Assembly: GCA_965153455.1 (NCBI GenBank)
Contig: OZ234493.1
Coordinates: 9,972,213-10,036,212 of the forward strand
Length of the DNA stretch: 64,000 nucleotides
Direction: 5' to 3'
Origin: Sphagnum compactum
Lineage: Eukaryota
The position numbers and the translations under genes were made by a program. Below are positions 38,591 through 51,849 of the stretch, in pieces. Numbering within the stretch: the stretch's first letter is position 1; each line of letters opens with the position of its first letter. The notes under the pieces were generated by a model, which worked only from the letters and a program-made list of their open reading frames with translations, was not told where the DNA came from and made no database searches.

Positions 38591-40533
38591 GATTTCTTGC
38601 TTTCCACAGCAGCTCAAGCTTAATCAACACTCTGATCACCGTGACACGTTTTACGGTTTACCCCAGTATATGCACAATCAAGAGCGAACCAGTAGTGCAG
38701 CTGCTGTAGCTGGTCTTGCAAATTCTCTCTCATGATCTCCTCCACTGCAGCCGCTTTGAAGCACACTGGTTGCTCAACGCCATGCTATAATAATAAATAT
38801 ACGCGCCTTCCTTAATGCTGAGATATGCAAACGGCGGTCGCAAATTGCTCATTTTTTTCAAGCTACTAACATGGTGGTCCTCCTCAAGCTTCCAAGTTGC
38901 TTTGTCGTTTCTCACCCCGAAAACACCGTGCACACCAGTTGTATCCGTTGCTGATCGTTGAAAGCAGGCTGCGATAAGAGGAGATGTCTAAGTACCTGTG
39001 CAATTGGTTGAAGCCTGCATGAAAGTCGCAGGTCGCAGAATCTCGCTAGCACTCCATCACCAGACTTCCACAACAACTTGATAAAAAGCAAACGTGATCA
39101 GGTATGGTGGCATCTAGCTATAGCAGCTACAAGAACTAATCCAGAACTTGCCGGCTCACTTGAGAATTGCTGCATTTACAGCTCGTTCTTCTTGATAATT
39201 GTAGAGTGACTGACGTCTCAAAGAGTTGGAATGAACGTCACTGTGCCACCACCAGCATTCGGGCTCTGCAAGTTGAGACCTACTGCGAGAATACCACGGG
39301 AGCTCTAGAGCTTCTGCTTATAACCCGTGCAGATTCTTGGTGCAACATGCTTGGTGCTGGTGAAACAACTCTTCTGTAACTACTACTGTTGGAAACAGCA
39401 AATGCAACCTCGAGTTGAAGACTCTGAGGCGAGCGAGCAAGTGAGACAACGCGCTTGAGAGCGTCCTTTAGCGACGATCGATTGAATGCAAGTACTCTTC
39501 AAAACTCGCACACAAGAGAAAATGAAGATCGAGTATATAGATGTCGGTTATAGTCTTCCAACGTCTGGGCTTGGTGCTGCTGCTGATGAGACGAGAGCCT
39601 TAATATTACTAACTAGAGCTCGTCTCAAAGCCACATAAAACAACAAAAAAAAGTGTCGGAAAATGAAGGATCCGCGATGACAAATTGGAGCTTCTAAGAT
39701 CAAACGTTGCTGCTACACAAAACAGGTCTAGTTACAGAGTACTGCCAGTCTGCTGCAAAAGAAAGAAAGAAAGAAGGAAAGAAAGCATTCCTAAGAGGCA
39801 ACCTTAAACTAAGATTATCCAGAGCTTGCAAAACCTGCTTCAAGTTCCAGACAACGGCCGACCAAAAAGCACACACAAGAAAGAAAAACCACGCGTGTGC
39901 ACACACGAAGTAGTTGAACTTGGATCTCGACTGCTTTAAGTTCCAACCTCAGAGGTCTACAAAAACCACTAAAGACTCCAATACCGAAGTTTCACCTCTA
40001 AACCAAAACCACCGAAGAAGTAGTTAACTACTACCACCGCATGGGCGGCAATAATAATAAAACTCTCACACTCTCGGTTCACAAGTTGTTGTCGTCACAG
40101 AGAGCTGCGCTTGTCTTCTTTCTCAGACGCAACGAAGTACATAATTCCAGAAAACACTTGACGTCGGGGCGTAGGTTCTAGAAACTTCTTGGTCAGATTA
40201 CGCGGCCCGAATTTACGGCCCCCGCCGCGAAGCACGAAGAAAAAACATGCACCAACAAAGCGTGAAGGAAAAACACGGTACACTTGCGAGAGAAAAAAAC
40301 GGACATGACAAACATCGACACCTATAAGTCAGGAAAAAACAGAGCTGCAAAACAGCGACCAAAACCAACCCCAGAAGCCGAAAGCAGCAGCAGCGACGCT
40401 CCCACAAAACAACGCAAGTGCAAAAGAAAAAGACGAGAGAAGGGAAGACGAGAGGGAAGAGAGAAGGGACGGAGAAGGCTGAACCATGGTTCGATCCCCG
40501 ACACTAATTGCCACTAAACTTTGGCTCAAAAGT

Positions 40534-40810
40534 AAACCCGGGTAGGAGAAATCATCCATCAGACTTGCCTAGTAAATGACTGTCATCCATCTCTCTCTCT
40601 CCCTCCCTCCTCTCATAATCCATCCCTGGATATTGTTTCATCCATGATGCCGTTCACATTAACGGAAAACATTGTAATAAAATAACCCTGGCTAGGAAAA
40701 CTCATCCATCAGACTTGCCTAGTAAATCTCTCTTTCCCTCATCCTCCAAATCCATCCCCCACATATCGTCTCATCCACAATGCCGTTCGTGTTGATGGAA
40801 ATCGTTTTCA
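40534..40810. repeat. Tandem duplication of an ~150-bp unit upstream of the PHD gene
   Basis: AACCC..G.TAGGA.AA.TCATCCATCAGACTTGCCTAGTAAAT occurs at ~40535 and ~40684. Each copy is followed by a CT tract, ATCCATCCC and TCATCCA..ATGCCGTTC. Confidence 0.85.
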
Positions 40811-41214
40811 GGGCACAGGTGGGATGGATGGACCAGTTGGATGGATATACCGTAGTTCTGATCTTCTGGAAGTCGTATATATACGGATCCGTACTTCTCA
40901 GGAAACATACATGAAACAAAAATAAAACAAATGACAAATACCTTACGACCTATAAACAGCATCATCGTGTTCTCCGCCAAACACGAGGACTGGTAACTTA
41001 AAGTAAGTAACCTTTTACTAACTTATGTGTTGGTCAGTGAGTTGTTCTCAGTTGAAAGATGAAATAGTAAGTTATTGACTAGGAAAATAGTAGGTATCCT
41101 GGTAACTTTTGTTCTTGAAGTAATAAACAATTAAATTGAATTTTATCGACTAGGCAATGGTGGGAGGCGTCCATCCTGCGTGTCTGCTACTTCCGGGTAG
41201 TAACCGGAGGGCAC

Positions 41215-41780
41215 GAGCTGGTTACCGGACATAACCAGCTGCAATGAGAATTGATTTGCCCTTTTTCATCTACAAACAGAGTGGCTACAACAGTTTCATC
41301 CAAGAACTGAATGGTTACATAATCATAACCAGTAGCAGGGGACGTCTTGATGACGTGTCACTTTCTGATTGGACACCCACACAACAGTTATATGACATAA
41401 CCTGCTGAGCTCATGGATGTGAATCTCATAACCTGTTGAGCTCATGGATGGAGCCTCATTTTCTCACCGCCTTCTTGACGCCCCCTACTACTGGTTATGT
41501 CCAGTAACACAGCTTGAGGAGGCCGGTTACGGGAAAAAGTCTCATGGCTCCCACGGCTCGACTTTTTCCTGTAACTGGCCTGCTCTGGCCGGTTATGTAG
41601 TCCATTGGGCCAATGAAAGCTGATGTTGGTACCTTGGTGCTACCTAGTAGGTTGCTAACGAAATGAAGGTTGAAGGTTATGGCTTGTATAACTTGGTCGA
41701 CAGACAGACAGATGGTTATGCCTTGTAACTGGTGACCTGATAACCAATCAGAATGTTGGGATTCTCATTATGGTCAATTC
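41215..41780. mobile_element. MITE-like element (ATAACC/GGTTAT family) containing a nested palindromic repeat at about 41325-41605
   Basis: The outer parts match 44620-44857 (TTAC.GGACATAAC..., GGTACCTTG.., GAAGGTTATG.CTTGT, GATTCTCATTA). The inner part matches 47497-47620 in inverted orientation. Confidence 0.65.
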
Positions 41781-44635
41781 CATGTTTGCTTATTTTAGTG
41801 TCTCTCTAATCTGGTGAGCCTTTCTTGTCCCACTCCGGGAGACATGGAGTTGTGAATCCCCGAACGAACGAATGGGGTCTAATTTTTTGTTCCATCACAA
41901 ACCCAGAAAAAGAAAGAAAGGAAAAAAAAAAAAACAAGGAGTTTGCAACACTTTGCACACTCTGCAAATAGAAGTTATCCCAAACTTTGGACACTTCCAA
42001 AGGACTTCATGTACCTAGTCTTTCCCTTTGGCCCAGCTTTCAAGAGTTAGCTTAAGGCAAGAAATTTGGGATAAAATGTGACTCTATTGAGGATACAAGT
42101 GGAGGACGCATGGGAATTATGGGAACATTGTAAGGGACAATTGGCACAACGTATGAGATTAAAATTAAAGAAAACATGGAGAACAAATTGGCAATATCAT
42201 TAGGAACATTTTTGGGAACATTCAAGGAACAATACTCCCAAACCCAAAAACAATTCAAATTTCCCCATCCCATAAAAGGAAAAAGACTTGCGCCCGTTCA
42301 TTGGGGGTACTTATTAGTTATGTATTGCAAGTGTCCATGGAGGTGGATTGATGGGGGTTGGGAGATGTTAAATTTGCCTCCTAGGCTTGGTACCTATGAA
42401 GCTTTTAAGTTAGGTCTGGTGAGAAAAAGTCCCCAACATAATAAAATCCATTGATAGGTGTGCAGGAAATGAATCAAGTTTGTATGAAACTTACACCCCT
42501 TAACAGAAGTAATAAGTTATTATTTAGGATAGGTATAACCTAGATAGAAGCAGTTTCGTACATTTCGAGCAAAACACAAGTGAGAAAAACTTGACTCCTA
42601 CTTTGGATTTTCCATGTCGAAACTGCAATTTTAAGCCACAAGGTCATGTGCGCCGGCCATGTAGGTTGCTTTTCTGCAACATAGGTAGAAAAAGGTGTGT
42701 GTAGCCGCCATTCTCTCCTTGAATTTCCAATGCAATTTGTGGTGTCATGGGTTTTTCCTTTTGAGCACAAGCGGGTTCAAGACAAGATGAGAGACACAAT
42801 ACTTTAAATATATGGCATTCATATTGATACATATTGAACTACTCCATGTGTGACACAAAAGGCATCCTAGACTACAGGTAGGCTAAATGGATTTGAGTGT
42901 TGGTGTGGGAGAACATTTACTTTCTTGTGAACTTTGGGTGGTGGTCATCACTTTGTGCTCTTTGTCACTACACTCTTGGCTTTTACTCAACTGCATCATC
43001 TCACTAGGTTTTGGAATTGGCAAAAGGCATCAAATGTTACAAAGTTTGCAATGTAGGCACACATGAAGTTTGTTGCTGATTGTGAAGGTATGGGTTTGAG
43101 ACACAAGTCCTTCCAGGCTCTCCAAAAAAAAAGGGGATATACGTCGTGCACAATACTATTCCCATATACAAGAGAACTCTTTTATAAAGCAGTGTCCTTT
43201 GCATTTGTTTGTGGTATGGGTATCCTAAGAAATGGGAACATTTATATTTAGGGATTTTCTTTTGGGAACAAAGAGGAAACTCTTTATGAATATCATAGTA
43301 AAAGTGGGAATTCTTTGAAATATTTATCTGCGATCAATAAATTTATTGATTTGTTTGCCTATTCCCACCTGGGGGGAGTGTAGTCATTAGGAACTCAAGA
43401 ACATCATTGCAAGCCAACCAATGATCCAAGTTGCAAAATGATGGTCCCAAGTCGCAACCATTCAAAGAACATGAATTGAGTGAAATGAAGCATTGCAAAC
43501 AGATGAGTCAAAATTTGGAATCCAAACTGATTGAATCATAGAGGCAGTTGGAGCCTGTTAGTCAGTAGTTTTGCCCTCCCATTCATTCAGAAGAAATATA
43601 GATTTTTCTCTAGGACTCCTCAATTTACCTTTTGGAAAGGGTAGGTATGAGGAACAAAATTAATTAACAGTCATCATCGATGCTTTTGGATTCAATGCTT
43701 AATCAATCGTCTATAGTTGAAAAAATTACTTCCCTCATTCATACATTTGCTTCCCATCTAGTATATGGAAAATGGCTATCATTTTGTATGCAAAATAGCC
43801 ACATTAAAATTTCAAAAAATTGGAAAATTAAAACCAAAAAAGATTCTTCTCCAATGAGATAGTAAAAAATCTGGGGAAAAATTGCAACACTAATTACATT
43901 GCAAATATCACATGCATCATCATCTTGCAAAGGACCATGCCATGCACTTTAACATGAGACCATGGTTTAATACCTAGTTGCCCAAACCACTTGAACTCAA
44001 AGGACTTTGTGATTCAATAGAAGACTATATTAATAACCATTTCTTTTCTAAAAGGTTCGACTTACTTCCCGTAACACAGTCACAAGTGCAAACACAATTA
44101 CTTGGGTGTGCAACCATTTTGTTTAGAGCATAAATCATGTATTGATTAGTTTTGTATTCCATCCTCTTGCCCCCAATTGCTTGCTTTCTCTTTTCTCCAT
44201 CTTCCAAATGATTAGCTAATTAGCTGTATTCCATATTTCAACCAGAATGTGGTGTTCATTTCATGTAATATCATCAATTCAAGTTCTCAATTGGTGTTTG
44301 ATTAATTGTCAAATTCTTAATGATGCCCAAGTGGTGACCATCCATAGCAAGGTGGAGCAAAAAATGATTCTTAACAAATAATAATGATATGGAGATCCAT
44401 ATGAGGGTTTCAACTTTCAACATCACTTTCCAACAACAACCACAACAAATGTAATGTTGTTGTTCTTTGATGCCTTTAGAACACTCTCCTTTTCTTGCTT
44501 CTCTCCTCTCTCTCTTTCTCTCCTTGCCCACTTTATTTGATTGGTTTTTATTCCCCTTCTTTGTTCCAAGCATATTATGGACTAAGTTACTGGAAATAAC
44601 CAAGGTGTGGGTTGCCTCGAGTCAATTACTGGACA

Positions 44636-44857
44636 TAACTGACCGTAGTGGGAATTGGGAGGCCTTCTTTTCATCCATGAAGAGAGTTGTTATGACATTT
44701 TCATCTAAGAAGTGAAGGTTTGCAACATCATTGGGTGAATGAGAGCCATTGGTACCTTGTGCTAATTATTAGGTTACAAATGAAACGAAGGTTATGACTT
44801 GTAACTCATGATTTGATAGCCAATTAAGGTGTGGAGATTCTCATTACAGTCAGTTAC
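44636..44857. mobile_element. MITE-like element (~220 bp)
   Basis: ATAACTGACCGTAGTGGGAAT matches the reverse complement of ATTCTCATTACAGTCAGTTAC at 17/21 positions. It is homologous to the flanks of 41215..41780. Confidence 0.6.
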
Positions 44858-46059
44858 GGAGCTTTACAACTCGCTCTTTCCCACCTTGTGATATGTTCTT
44901 GGACAACTCACAAAAGTCTCCTTAACAAGAAGGCAGCAACCAAGTTGCACTTTGAGCTATCACATAATTTGCATGACAGGAGAAAGGTAACCCTCCAACA
45001 AGTGGAGCTTGATAAGAAAATATTATATGTAGGATAAAACACTAGTGGGTGAAGGGCATTTCCAAAAGTAAGGGACCTAGAAGGACACAATAGCCAAGTT
45101 CGGGCTCACATTTTGCAAATGTTCTCAACTCATGTGCTCTACCCATAGTTAAAGCATGAGGAAAGCATTATCGGGAACTTGAACATATATATCATAGTCC
45201 CTAAACGGATTCAGCAAATGTTTGCCAAATAATTAATATATGTAGAATCTTAAACGTTGGCTCTGAATTTTTGATTTTTTGAAAATTTTAGTATAGATAA
45301 TATCATTAGCAAGAGACACCAAATTGTAACGACTATATAGCAATCCTGATTTGTCTAAACTGTGTGTGATGGGTGTTTGGTCCCCATAGACCTGAGTTCT
45401 CAAATCTCAAATCTGACCCCCAAAAACTTATTTTTGTTGATTTTGATATTCTTGGTAATTACTTTTTTTCAAATTTTAATTAATTTGAAAATAATTTAAT
45501 TAATGCTGAATTTGTTAAAGAGTATGATAAATCAGGAGTAGTAAATTAGGAGGGGGGAGAGTTCTTTACACCTTAAGTGTAACATCCTCCCCCCCTTCCC
45601 TCTCGAGGAGTAGGTAGCTGCAAGATCCGTCCTCTTCTATACAGATATGTAAGGTGCTTTCCGACTACATGAGGAAATTTCTCAGAGTGTTTCTGATAAC
45701 TTACTTGGCATACTTACGTAATTGCCCCTTTTTATGTTCCATACTCAAGGCCCCGACTGACTGCTACAGCAATGTCGACAATGTCACGTGGGGTCAAAAC
45801 GGAGAAAATCAAAATGAGATCTGAGTTATTGATAAGTTTGGTGTCGAAGTGACTTATACCTCGACACAAGGCAGATATTCTCCAGAAATTATTAAGTAAA
45901 CAGCTGGTTCCACCCGACCATGACTGAATGCACTGAAACTTGCAGCGGCCTAAAGTAATCAGAGGCAGCCAAAAACAACAAAAAAGAAATCTGTAGAAAG
46001 TACTAGAGAGATCTTTTGTGCCAAATGGGGGTGGGAGGGGGAGAGGAAGGGCGGTGCTG

Positions 46060-46262
46060 ATATATGCCATTCATGTTAATAAGCTCTGAGGACAGGCAAA
46101 ATGATGGTGGGTATGTGTGATCCATGTTAATTAAGTGCCTTGGACATGTGCAATGGGTGTTTATGTCTGTTTCATGTTGATTAATTACAACAACATGCGA
46201 AATGGGGTATTTATGTGTGATTCATGTTAATTAGTTGTGCAGACCACCCAAATCATGTTCTC
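46060..46262. repeat. Degenerate ~50-bp tandem repeat
   Basis: A CATGTTAATTA-like core recurs near 46072, 46123, 46173 and 46223, most copies preceded by TATGTGTGA-like sequence. Confidence 0.65.
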
Positions 46263-46272
46263 AATTACCTTA

Positions 46273-46461
46273 GTACCTTGGCCAGTTCGACACTAATTAT
46301 ATTATTTTCAGAAATGTTGAAAATTTCAAAAATTATTTCTTCCAATTCAAAAAATATTGTGAAGGAAAATAATGAGTATTTAGGAATATTCCATTTGTTG
46401 AAATGAAAGTTTCAAAATTAATTAATTATTCGACGGATGTGTGTTGAAATGGCCAAGGTAC
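46273..46461. mobile_element. TA-flanked MITE (189 bp)
   Basis: The ends are TA|GTACCTTGGCCAGTTCGACAC and GTGTTGAAATGGCCAAGGTAC|TA, giving TIRs that match at 19/21. Confidence 0.85.
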
Positions 46462-47496
46462 TACGATAGTGTTCATTGTCATTTTTGACTTAAGCTAATG
46501 GTGAGGGGCATGAATTGTGAGAACTATGCGCCATAAGTAACCAACCAAACACTTGACAATCACTCTTTCTCTCTCCTGGCCACACAGCCAAAAGATGAAA
46601 AAAGTTTAATGTTCGTTCAAAGCTTTTAATGGCTACTGAAAGTAGGCCTTGAAATTGAAAGGCAAGGGTTGCCTTTTGGCCTTCAAAATGTACAATTTGA
46701 CTGAGATAGTATGAACCCTGGCCTTCAAAATGAAGGCTTTGACTGAGATTAGCCCTTTTACAAAACATCCTCAAAGAAATCTTGTACAGAAATTTCCTCC
46801 ATAAGTAAGGATATTTTTGAGATGTACGAACTTTTCCCAAATTGCTCTTTGGGTTTGAAGGAATTGTTTTTTTTAGGTTACGAGTTAGAAGGGTTAAACA
46901 TTAATCTTTCCCCTTCTTAGGGACAAGAAGGCTTCAATTTGTATCCCTAGAGGTAGTAGGTATGAAAAGCTTATTTTATTCAAATGGAAACTATTGCCTA
47001 CTTTTTGGAACATGGGAAACAGCTCTATAATAAAATGCCCCAAATTTTGTCTTATGATGTTTTGGGTTCTGGGGACTTGGTTCTTTGTCGACTTCCGATT
47101 GAGATTGCTTTCCCTCCTCAACACTTGGAAACACAACTACAAGAAACCCCCCCCCCTTGGACCCACCATTTTGCATGCCATTGTGTAGTAGTACACCAGT
47201 GTCAAATATTTTCTGATTTGAGCAAAGCCGTTGTCATCTTGTCGGGACAGACTGGTGTCAAGTGGCATCCAGTGTTCCAATGCCAGTTTCTTGGATAGTG
47301 TTTCAATGTGAAGCTATCTATTTGGTGACAAATAATTAATAAATTATCCAATTTGTGGAGCTTGGTACTGTTAGAGAGATTGGTACCAAGAGAGGTTTTT
47401 GTTTTTGTTGTCTTTTATCGAATTGGGAGGAATTAAACTCTTTTTTCAAAACTTAAAAGTTTGGACATGCACTTTGTAAGTTGTAGATTATAAACT

Positions 47497-47850
47497 ATGG
47501 ACTACATAACCAGCTCGAGCAGGCCGGTTATGGGAAAAAGTCTTGCCATGTGAGAGACGAGATTTTTTCCTGTAACTGGCCTGCTTGCTCCAGCCCTGTT
47601 AGAGGACATAACCGGTGAGCCATAAGATGTTACCGGAAAGAATGACATAGTGGATGGGTGGGATTTCATGTGCCCATAACTCGTGAGTACACCAATGGCT
47701 GGATTTGAGCCTGTAATTGCTATCACCATGGTCGCGCTGTACCCATCTGGCTGACCCAGTACTGGGTGGCTATGACTTGTAACCCTCCAGCTCTGAACAA
47801 ATGTGGTGATGCCACATCACCCAAAACCCCCCACGAACTGGTTATGAAAT
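47497..47850. repeat. Dispersed palindromic repeat, inverted copy of 41490-41605
   Basis: It begins ATGGACTACATAACC, the reverse complement of GGTTATGTAGTCCAT ending at 41605. It contains the internal hairpin 47522-47581. Confidence 0.75.
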
Positions 47851-49279
47851 CTTTGGACCTTGGACACTTAGATTTGATTATGAGTATCAAAGTGACTATA
47901 GCATTTGCTGAGTTGTTGAGTTTCTACTAGAGTTCTAATTAGAAAATTTTGAACCCAACAAAAGTAGAATTCAACGGTTTTTGCATGGTTGTTTTGAAGC
48001 TTCTTTTTCAGTTGTCAAAAATGTATATGAAGCTAAAGAGTCCCTTGACTTCAGGCAGCCCAAAAGTCTTGTGATTCTTTACACCCAAAGAAAAATTGGA
48101 CATGACCTATGTTTCAAAACTCGAGTTTGGTGAGCAATAAGTTACAAGGAATGAGTAAGTTCACAATTTTAAAATATTATGCCCTCCATGAGATCCTACC
48201 CACCCAATCCAGGTGACCACCTACCAAACACAATTGATTAAAAAAAAAACATGAAATTAAATGCAAAAACCTTATCCCTTTATGGCCAAGAAACACAATA
48301 TTGACTTAGCTATACAAGGTGATTTACAAATTGGAGAGATGATCAAGCTTGAAACAAAACATCTAATTTGACTAACTTAATTTTTGACAACCAAATCTTT
48401 TTTTGGGTCATATATGTTGTGAGCCCATAGGGCATTGCCCTTCTACGACATAGTCAAATTGTATTATCTAAATCAAAGAAACCCTGAGAACTTCACACTT
48501 TGGCAAGCAAAGTTTTGAAGTCTTTTTTTTTGGCCATCTTTGAAAAATGGGGTGAGCCCATTTAGTCAACCAAAGTGCCTGACAAAAATTTGGTCTTACA
48601 ACTCCCAGGTGACAATTTCTTATTTCTGAAGTGATTTCATTGAATTTGGACTATATAAATGGCATAGGAGAGGGGCAAACATAACATTTGGTAGAAAACA
48701 CATCAATCACCCAAATACGCAACACCAGTACTACTTAGGCTCCTATTTTGCGGGGTTTAGTGTGTTCCATAGGCACCTTATATGCCTTTGAGTAATAATT
48801 TCGGATGAAGGAACTAATAATTTCCAATTTTCAACAGCTGCATTTTTCATTATCCCTTATAAATTGAGCACCAAGTTGAAGTATAAGTTCCCAAACACAA
48901 GTCCAAAAACAATTAAAACGGGCATAAAGGAGAAGAAAAAGAAGAAAACCAATACACACTTTTCCAGGGTGGGACAGACTAGGTAGCCTACACTCGAGCC
49001 CATGCAACTCATGTCAGTATCTTCTTCCGACCCCTACTTCTTCAGTGTTGTTCTTCAGTTCCCTTGCCTTCTTGTCCCTTACTGGAACAGGAAATGATGA
49101 CAAGAATTCTAGGATATAAATTTATCATCTCAACTTTTGAGACTCATCCATATAAATGGATGAATGAATAAAGGGCAACATGTTAGGTGACAGTGCACAT
49201 GGTAGTCTTTATTATGCCATATTTGGGGATATATAGTAAAATGTTTCCCTCAATGTGAGACCACAATGCTTTTATAAAT

Positions 49280-49730
49280 TTGTAAATCCAGGTTTCAGTT
49301 CCAAAAAACAGCTTAGAATTTTTAATTTATTTTTCTAATACCTTTGTACATTTTCCGAATCAGCGGTGTGTTTATAAATAAAGTTTTGCAGGGTTTTGAC
49401 TTAGAATTGTCTTGGTTTTATTTCTTTTGTTTCCAAGCATACATGGAACTGGAACCCCGGGTCCTCAAAAAAGAAATTCCAGTTTTTTTATTTTGGTTTT
49501 GGTTCAAAAAATCAGACCCAGTTCTGATCTTGTTTTAACTAACTCAGGCTGCAACTAGCAGTTAACTGCTGGTTAACCGTGGTTCTAGTCACATTTTATT
49601 TTTTAAAGACACGTAATTCAGTTTTGGTTCCTGTTCTTGTGCCACGCATAAATCAAACCAGGAACCCCAGTTCCAGTGCCAGTTCTGAAAATCAAATCTG
49701 GTTCCAGTTCAGTTCCCACTGGTTTCAAAG
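49280..49730. repeat. Dispersed GGTTCC/GGAACC-rich repeat
   Basis: It shares AAAAAATCAGACCCA and TTAACTGCTGGTTAACC exactly with 58610-59050. Confidence 0.7.
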
Positions 49731-49737
49731 GACTAAT

Positions 49738-49965
49738 GATGGTGCTCATTGGTTTGTTTCAACTCATCCTGTCAACCCATCGTTCATCCATCATGCTGTG
49801 CTGGTGGCTATTGGTTCACTCTGGCCGTCATCCTGTTCACCCGTCTTTCATCCGTCATGGTGTGCTTGTGGCTTTGGTTCACTCTAGCCCTCATCATGTT
49901 GAGCCATTGTTCGTTCGTCCGTCATGGTGTGCTGATAGCTATTGGTTCACTCTGGCCCTCATCTA
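49738..49965. repeat. Tandem repeat, ~65-bp unit, about 3.5 copies
   Basis: TCATG(C/G)TGTGCT...GGCT(A)TTGGTTCACTCT(G/A)GCC(G/C)TCATC occurs at ~49791, 49855 and 49922, with a degenerate first copy. Confidence 0.85.
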
Positions 49966-51849
49966 CGGAGATGGCAAACAAACTCAACACTTTGAAGCAA
50001 TTTTGGGCCATCTTCATTTTCTTCTTCATTGTGCCAATAGATCATTTGTGACAATTGATTCTTGCAAATAGCTACAAGCCCAGAATGAGTGGCCAAGTAC
50101 TGAAAGCTTTTTCTTTATTCCAAGTAAAAGACATTGTTCTGCCGACAACTCTTTCTTTTCTTTTCTTTTTGGTGAGGAAGAGGAGTAATTTTGAAGCATC
50201 CGGTGCTAAGTCACACACATATCATTGTTGTAGATAAATATAAGCTTTTATTGCTCTAAAACTGTTCGTGTTCGGATATGTGGGCAACATTTTCAATACA
50301 AAACAACAATGTACGACCCAAAGTGGAGTACTCAACGGAACACATTTGAGGATGCACCTTAATAGTTGAACTGTCAGTTGGGATGGCGAGGGACAAGGGT
50401 GGCCGAGAAGGTGGGGAAGGGCAAATCGTTTGTTTGCTTTGCACTTTTTTGAAATTTTGAAAAAGCAATTTTAAGACTAGATTTATATGTCACTCTCTAC
50501 TACTTTGTGAGGAATCGTCATACAAGCACAAGTTTGAACTTTTTTGGCTTTTTTTCTTATGAGTTGAATTAGACCCTATTCAGGTTAAGATATGGATTTG
50601 TCAAGGTCTTATAAAGTTGGAATATATGGATAGATTCCAATTACGGACATAGATATAAAGATAAATTATGAATGTATATAATGTTTTGTTTTTTAATTAT
50701 CCTCTGATTTGGGAAGTCTTTGCATAATGGTCCACTAAATTCCCTTAATATATGTATTCTCCACCAAAAAGTGAACTGAAGTCTAGATAATTTAGGGTGG
50801 CCATTCTTCAAGCAAAGCTTTTTGAGGAAAATTTGGATATCTCATGGGTGTTCCCATAACCCCCCAAAAAAGTGAAAATCAAGGGCTCTTTATGCTATTT
50901 TTGCAATGAATTTGTTACAAACTGAACGGCTCAAAAGTTGCATTACAAAGAGGGAATAACATGACAACATTTTCAAATCTCCAAACACTCAAAAGGCTAC
51001 TAATCATATTGGTTAACAAAACTTTTCACTAGCCCAAAAATTGAACCTTTTTCCGAATTTTCAAGGAGCCATCATGTCACCAAAGTGTTTCTCTAGCATT
51101 TGGGAAGGTTGCATGTGTGGCTCCTTCTGTGCAAGCTTAGTCAGATGAGTGGTGACCTTATCATTTTTGTTGTGGCTTCCATGGCCCAAAACTGAGGGGC
51201 AGTTCTGGCTACTAGAGTTTTTAGGTCTTTTTGTGTGCTGGCAGAATTTTGGCTATTTTGAAATTTTACTGGGGTGCTAATTGGTTATGCTTGCATCATT
51301 AGGTTGCCATTTGTTGTCACAACTTTATGCAACAAATAGCCTACACAGCTTAGAGACTCAGAGAGTTTATACAAATTCCAGACATCATATACTTTACAAA
51401 CTCCCAACCTGGACACATAGCCAAACAAAGTTCAAAGACCCACACATGCACAAACACACACGAATATTTTCTCAGGATTTGAACCCTTGCCCATAAGGGT
51501 ATTTCAAAGCAAATGGATTACACATAGAAAAAGCCACATTAGAAACAAACACTTGAAACAAGATGTCAATCCACACCTACTCACAAGTCTATTGTCACTT
51601 CACCCATGTTGTACACACACAACACACCAAAGTAATGCCACAACTAGTGAAGACCAAAAAAGAAAAAGTCATAAGTTCAAAGATACATAAGCCCCAACGT
51701 CCCACCCATGGCCCAACACAAGGAAAATGCAAAGTTCAAACTACTATATGTTTAATAGCAAAATCTATTGTAAAAGAAAATAGGAAACATTCCAAATTTT
51801 GATCAAACTTATGTACCTAGGCATCAACCACTCTACAAACTTTTTTCTT

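Noticed and set aside
38042-38592. Plus-strand ORFs of 164 and 94 aa
   Set aside because: They are antisense shadows of PHD exon 1 plus a GA microsatellite.
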